From IMG/VR virus record IMGVR_UViG_3300033997_000074, positions 1 to 64,000 of that record: DNA of 64,000 nt; one strand, written 5' to 3'. Below are positions 60,562 through 64,000 of this stretch, piece by piece; the stretch's first letter is position 1; each line of letters starts with the position of its first letter. A program made the position numbers and the translations under genes. This stretch comes from a virus. Below the pieces are notes generated by a model. It did no database searches. It was not told the origin of the DNA and worked only from the letters and a program-made list of their open reading frames with translations.

Positions 60562-61096
60562 GGAACCGTGGGGGCCGGACAGTCCCTGGAAAAACTCTGT
60601 CGCTTTTTTTACCTACCTCAGAGGCTGTTTGCGTAAGGCATGGTCAAATAATCCAATCAAACACAACCTAATTAAAAAGAAAAGGAAACAGATTCCTAAT
60701 CCAAATCCGAAAGGGAAGAAACAGACTGTTTGGGGGTTTGATTGTGAAATGTGCGGAGGAGAGTTTATAATGTCCTTGTGCCAAGTGGATCACATTGTTC
60801 CGGCAGGAAGCTTACAAAAGACCGAAGATATTCAAGGCTTTGTTGAGCGATTACTTTACGTGACAGAGGATGATCTAAGACTGGTATGCAAGGATTGCAA
60901 CTCGGCTCTAGCTCTTTCTGAAAAGCAAGGGCTTACTTGGGAAGAAGCTAAAGCAACTAAAGAAGCTATTAGACTACAGAAAGCTAAGCTTGATACACAA
61001 TGGCTGAAAGAAAATGGCATAATTCCAGCCAGCAACTCAGCTAAGCGAAGAATTCAGATTGTAGAACGACTAATGGAGGAGAAAGAAAATGAGTGA
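60548..61096 (+). CDS. HNH endonuclease
   Basis: CEMCGGEF...CQVDHIVPAGS...LVCKDCNSAL. Confidence 0.75.
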   Translation: MRKCKEPWGPDSPWKNSVAFFTYLRGCLRKAWSNNPIKHNLIKKKRKQIPNPNPKGKKQTVWGFDCEMCGGEFIMSLCQVDHIVPAGSLQKTEDIQGFVERLLYVTEDDLRLVCKDCNSALALSEKQGLTWEEAKATKEAIRLQKAKLDTQWLKENGIIPASNSAKRRIQIVERLMEEKENE

Positions 61097-61466
61097 TGTT
61101 AAGGCAAACAAAACTTACATCATTAGGAACAAGGAGACAAAAGAATTGTTCCGTGCAGCTTCCGGCAAAACTTCTTGGAAGGCTCCGGGTCATGCGAAGA
61201 ATGCTTTTAATCAGACAGTTGCTTATGGACGATCAGCAGAGCGATACGGCTTGAAAGTGATTGTAGAAGAGAAACGTTGGGGAACAGATATTCACGGACC
61301 TAAGTTTTCTGAGCAAGATGTCTATGAGATTGTAGAGCTTAAACCTGAGTCAGAAGATACCCTTGCTCGCGCTGTTGAGATTTTAAAGCAAGTGATGGGA
61401 CGTTGTGACGGTGTTGTATTTGATATGATTTATGGTTTTCTAGAGGAGATTGGAGAAAATGAATAA
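61089..61466 (+). CDS. Hypothetical 125-aa protein
   Basis: ORF track. Confidence 0.5.
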   Translation: MSDVKANKTYIIRNKETKELFRAASGKTSWKAPGHAKNAFNQTVAYGRSAERYGLKVIVEEKRWGTDIHGPKFSEQDVYEIVELKPESEDTLARAVEILKQVMGRCDGVVFDMIYGFLEEIGENE

Positions 61467-61584
61467 ATATGAAGAGATGCTTGAGCTAGACAAGGATAAT
61501 TTATTTGCTTGTTGGTTCTTTGCAGAGATTGTTCAGTTTGGTGTGTTTGCTAATGTGTTTATGAACCAGCTTGGTGTTGTGTGA
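61459..61584 (+). CDS. 41-aa ORF
   Basis: Manual translation: MNKYEEMLELDKDNLFACWFFAEIVQFGVFANVFMNQLGVV. Confidence 0.3.
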   Translation: MNKYEEMLELDKDNLFACWFFAEIVQFGVFANVFMNQLGVV

Positions 61585-61745
61585 TGGAAGATCAAGCGGG
61601 ATATAAGCTTGGGTATGAGGATGCTCTTATCCAGTGTCTTGTAAATACAAAAGAGCTAATCAATGAGCTTGGAGAAGAGCAAGGGTTGAAAGCTGTTCGA
61701 GATTGGCTTAAACATGAGATTAAGAGTATGGGAGATGAAGAATGA
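61584..61745 (+). CDS. 53-aa ORF
   Basis: Manual translation: MEDQAGYKLGYEDALIQCLVNTKELINELGEEQGLKAVRDWLKHEIKSMGDEE. ATGA overlaps at both ends. Confidence 0.4.
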   Translation: MEDQAGYKLGYEDALIQCLVNTKELINELGEEQGLKAVRDWLKHEIKSMGDEE

Positions 61746-61924
61746 ACACTTTAGTTTTACATAGACCAGAAGCAGGAGATTGGACTGTAGCCTATCTGAA
61801 TGACAAACTCATTTACGAGGGACACAGTGGTTTGAATGACCTTTCTTGGGAAGTATTGTGTTCACTTGGGGTGGAAGTTAAGACAGTAGAATATTCTGAT
61901 GAAGAGTTTCAGGAGAAGTTCTAA
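61742..61924 (+). CDS. Hypothetical 60-aa protein
   Basis: ORF track. Confidence 0.45.
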   Translation: MNTLVLHRPEAGDWTVAYLNDKLIYEGHSGLNDLSWEVLCSLGVEVKTVEYSDEEFQEKF

Positions 61925-62122
61925 ATGAAAGAAGACATTTATTATACAAATCTAATGATAAAGCTTGAGAAGCTTGAAGATAAGATTGAACGTCTTGAAA
62001 AGATTCTTCTTTCTCATCCTATTGAGCTGAAGACAAACTTCACCATTGAGAAGCCAATTACACCAGAAGACTTTAGCAGCTTTCTGGAATTTGGAGAAAA
62101 CTTCCGCACTAACGCTAATTAA
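61925..62122 (+). CDS. Hypothetical 65-aa protein
   Basis: ORF track. Confidence 0.45.
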   Translation: MKEDIYYTNLMIKLEKLEDKIERLEKILLSHPIELKTNFTIEKPITPEDFSSFLEFGENFRTNAN

Positions 62123-62134
62123 GGAGATTAAATT

Positions 62135-62911
62135 TTGCGACACCTATTTCTACCAGACGTACAGGCAAAAGAGGGAGTTCCACTGCAACATCTTGAAGCA
62201 GCAGGAAACTATATCGTAAAGAAGCAACCAGAAGTGATTGTGTGTATTGGTGATTTTGCTGATATGCCGAGCTTGAGTTCTTACGATGTAGGTAAGAAAA
62301 GCTTTGAAGGGCGTATGTACACCAAGGATGTTGAAGCTTCTCGTAAAGCTATGGACATTCTTCTTGGCCCCCTGAAGCAATACAATATGCAGCAGGCTCT
62401 TAACCGCAAGAAGCAATATAAACCTCGTATGGTTATGTGCTACGGTAATCACTGCCAAGGTCGTATTGAGCGTGCTATTGAGAATGACCGTAAGCTTGAA
62501 GGTTTGATTTCAGTAAACGATCTTGGTTTTGCTGAGGCGGGATGGGAATGTCACAACTTTCTAGACATTGTGAATATTGATGGAATTCGTTACAGCCATT
62601 ACTTCGTAAACCCAAATAGCTTGTTGAAGAATTGTGTTGGTGGTAACATTGATGCAAAGCTCAAGAATCTTGGTTGGTCATTCAGCATGGGTCACCAACA
62701 AACTTTGCAATACGGCGTGCAATATCTTCCAGATGGTGAATGTCGTCAAGGTCTGGTTGCAGGTGCCTTCTATCTCCATGACGAAGGATATATGGGCGGT
62801 CAAGGTAATAAGAGTCATTGGCGCGGTATTGTGATGAAGAACCAAGTTGAGAATGGTAGGTACGATCCTTGCTTTGTCTCTATGAAGTATCTTTTGGACA
62901 AATACCTGTAA
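62135..62911 (+). CDS. Calcineurin-like metallophosphoesterase
   Basis: VCIGDFADM and CYGNHC motifs. TTG start. Confidence 0.7.
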   Translation: MRHLFLPDVQAKEGVPLQHLEAAGNYIVKKQPEVIVCIGDFADMPSLSSYDVGKKSFEGRMYTKDVEASRKAMDILLGPLKQYNMQQALNRKKQYKPRMVMCYGNHCQGRIERAIENDRKLEGLISVNDLGFAEAGWECHNFLDIVNIDGIRYSHYFVNPNSLLKNCVGGNIDAKLKNLGWSFSMGHQQTLQYGVQYLPDGECRQGLVAGAFYLHDEGYMGGQGNKSHWRGIVMKNQVENGRYDPCFVSMKYLLDKYL

Positions 62912-62915
62912 CCGC

Positions 62916-62951
62916 TTGACAGACAAAAGAAAAGATGAAACAATACGCAGC
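62916..62951 (+). promoter_or_regulatory. Promoter upstream of dut; shares a 15-nt block with the site at 56615
   Basis: TTGACA-17 nt-AACAAT, with GAAACAATACGCAGC. Confidence 0.5.
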
Positions 62952-63006
62952 ATGGACGACAAGGAAGGGAAAGGATTCCCACAGAGATATTAGAGAGGAG
63001 AAAGAA

Positions 63007-63438
63007 TTGAAACTGAAGGTAAAACGTTTGTATCCAGAAGCTAAGCTTCCAACTTATGCAACAGAAGGGGCTGCTTGTTTTGACATCTCTACATATCTTA
63101 ATGGGGATGTAGATCATGGTGAAGCACATGTATTTTCTACAGGTCTTGCATTTGAAATCCCAGAAGATCATGTTATGCTAGTCTTCAGTCGTAGTGGTCA
63201 CGGGTTTAAGAATGATGTGCGTCTTTCTAATTGCGTTGCCGTGATCGACAGCGATTTTCGTGGAGAATTGATGATTAAATTAGCCTGTGATAAGCCGGGT
63301 TGGGGTCTTGAGATTAATGCCGGGGAGAGGATTGCTCAGGCCATGGTTATCCCTGTAAAGCAAGTGCAGTTTGAAGAAGTAGATGAGCTTAAGTCTACGA
63401 AGCGTGGTGATAAAGGGTTGGGATCGACGGGACGTTAG
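63007..63438 (+). CDS. dut: dUTPase
   Basis: Trimmed to TTG 63007, which follows GAGGAG (MKLKVKRLYPEAKLPTYAT). Motifs: GAACFD, SRSGHG, VIDSDFRGEL, GERIAQ, RGDKGLGSTGR. Confidence 0.85.
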   Translation: MKLKVKRLYPEAKLPTYATEGAACFDISTYLNGDVDHGEAHVFSTGLAFEIPEDHVMLVFSRSGHGFKNDVRLSNCVAVIDSDFRGELMIKLACDKPGWGLEINAGERIAQAMVIPVKQVQFEEVDELKSTKRGDKGLGSTGR

Positions 63439-63500
63439 ATGTCTAACATTCGTTACATCTAAGTAAGGTTGTTGTGCAGACGTAACAAAGGAGGAGTGAG

Positions 63501-64000
63501 ATGAAGGTTCGAGTGATGGTTGATGATTATGAGTATATGGGGTTGATGAAGGGCTCTGTACATGATGCTTCTGTGTACACAAACTCTTTGGGTCGGGTAG
63601 AATATAGATTTACATTAAACGGTAAGCAATGGTCTCTCTATTCGACATGCGTTGACCCCATTCCACAAGAATGCCGTAGCTCCTATTGTGAGTGTGAAGA
63701 GGGCAAGTGCTCTGGTGGTAAGATTGATATGCGTGCTGATGAGGCTCGTAAAATAATGGAAAAAGGACCGATTAAACCTAATTCCCCAATCAAATCTGAT
63801 GGTGGGAGTAGCACATACTACGATTTGAATATCCCAGAGTGGTTGCTGTATACTCTCAACGAACGTCAGAAAGAGGGGAAGTGCTACATTAAAACTGAGG
63901 AGATGATTAGTGCTTTCTTCGGTAATGACTTTTCCTTCGGGACGGCCTTGAAAAGTCTTGTCAGAGCTTGGGGAATTAAGATTGGAGCTGGTAAGGCTGG
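63501..64000 (+). CDS. Hypothetical protein (possibly DUF3310-like), truncated by the right window edge
   Basis: Manual translation: AGGAGGAGTGAG ATG, MKVRVMVDDYEYMGLMKGSVHD...GGSSTYYDLNIPEWL...FGNDFSFGTALKSLVRAWGIK. Not in the ORF track because no stop falls inside the window. Confidence 0.5.
   Translation, partial: MKVRVMVDDYEYMGLMKGSVHDASVYTNSLGRVEYRFTLNGKQWSLYSTCVDPIPQECRSSYCECEEGKCSGGKIDMRADEARKIMEKGPIKPNSPIKSDGGSSTYYDLNIPEWLLYTLNERQKEGKCYIKTEEMISAFFGNDFSFGTALKSLVRAWGIKIGAGKA

Noticed and set aside
49805-61745. Possible paralogy between the 48-aa ORF at 49805 (QEGYDVGYQEGYYQA) and the 53-aa ORF at 61584 (QAGYKLGYEDALIQ)
   Set aside because: They share only a GY-x-(V/L)-GY-(Q/E) pentad. 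That is too short to claim homology without a statistical alignment.
1-64000. Lysogeny module, retron or diversity-generating retroelement
   Set aside because: No integrase, recombinase, CI/Cro-type pair or reverse-transcriptase motif (YxDD) was recognised in any ORF. The wHTH proteins alone do not support temperate status.

Overview
The window is a contiguous piece of a tailed dsDNA phage genome with no obvious host genes. I found no rRNA, tRNA, CRISPR array, integrase or reverse transcriptase. It has four transcription blocks.

(1) 1-16.4 kb, minus strand: a lambda-like head module plus neck genes and a sheath-like gene. The head genes are a large terminase, portal, S49 protease-scaffold fusion, gpD-like decoration protein and gpE-like major capsid protein. 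Several nuclease genes and a wHTH regulator follow.

(2) 16.8-32.3 kb, plus strand: about 50 tightly packed genes. These include a radical-SAM enzyme, a DPPY DNA methyltransferase, an HslV/proteasome-like Ntn hydrolase, PhoH, a second ClpP-fold protease, dCMP deaminase and a SleB-type wall hydrolase.

(3) 32.3-45.4 kb, minus strand: an early-type array of very small genes. Each sits behind a copy of a conserved sigma70-like promoter and leader. The array is preceded by 1.4 kb of mostly non-coding DNA carrying three perfect DnaA boxes, iteron-like repeats and repeated terminator modules.

(4) 46.1-64 kb, plus strand: a T7-like replication module. It contains primase-helicase, Pol A, a gp2.5-like SSB, a gp6-like exonuclease, a metallophosphoesterase and dUTPase.

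The most striking property is the load of selfish nucleases: 12 homing-endonuclease-type genes (HNH, HNH/AP2-like, GIY-YIG), two related group I introns missed by ORF calling, and a solo GC-rich TnpB element. One intron splits the terminase P-loop. The other carries an HNH ORF inside the sheath-like gene.

Other candidates for follow-up:
- a roughly 575-nt ORF-free, hairpin-rich leader upstream of a GIY-YIG gene
- the HslV-like/PhoH/ClpP-like cluster
- a radical-SAM protein with a Gly/Cys-repeat tail
- a duplicated primase 5' fragment next to a nuclease gene

All calls come from reading the sequence and the ORF track. No database search, covariance model or statistic was run.
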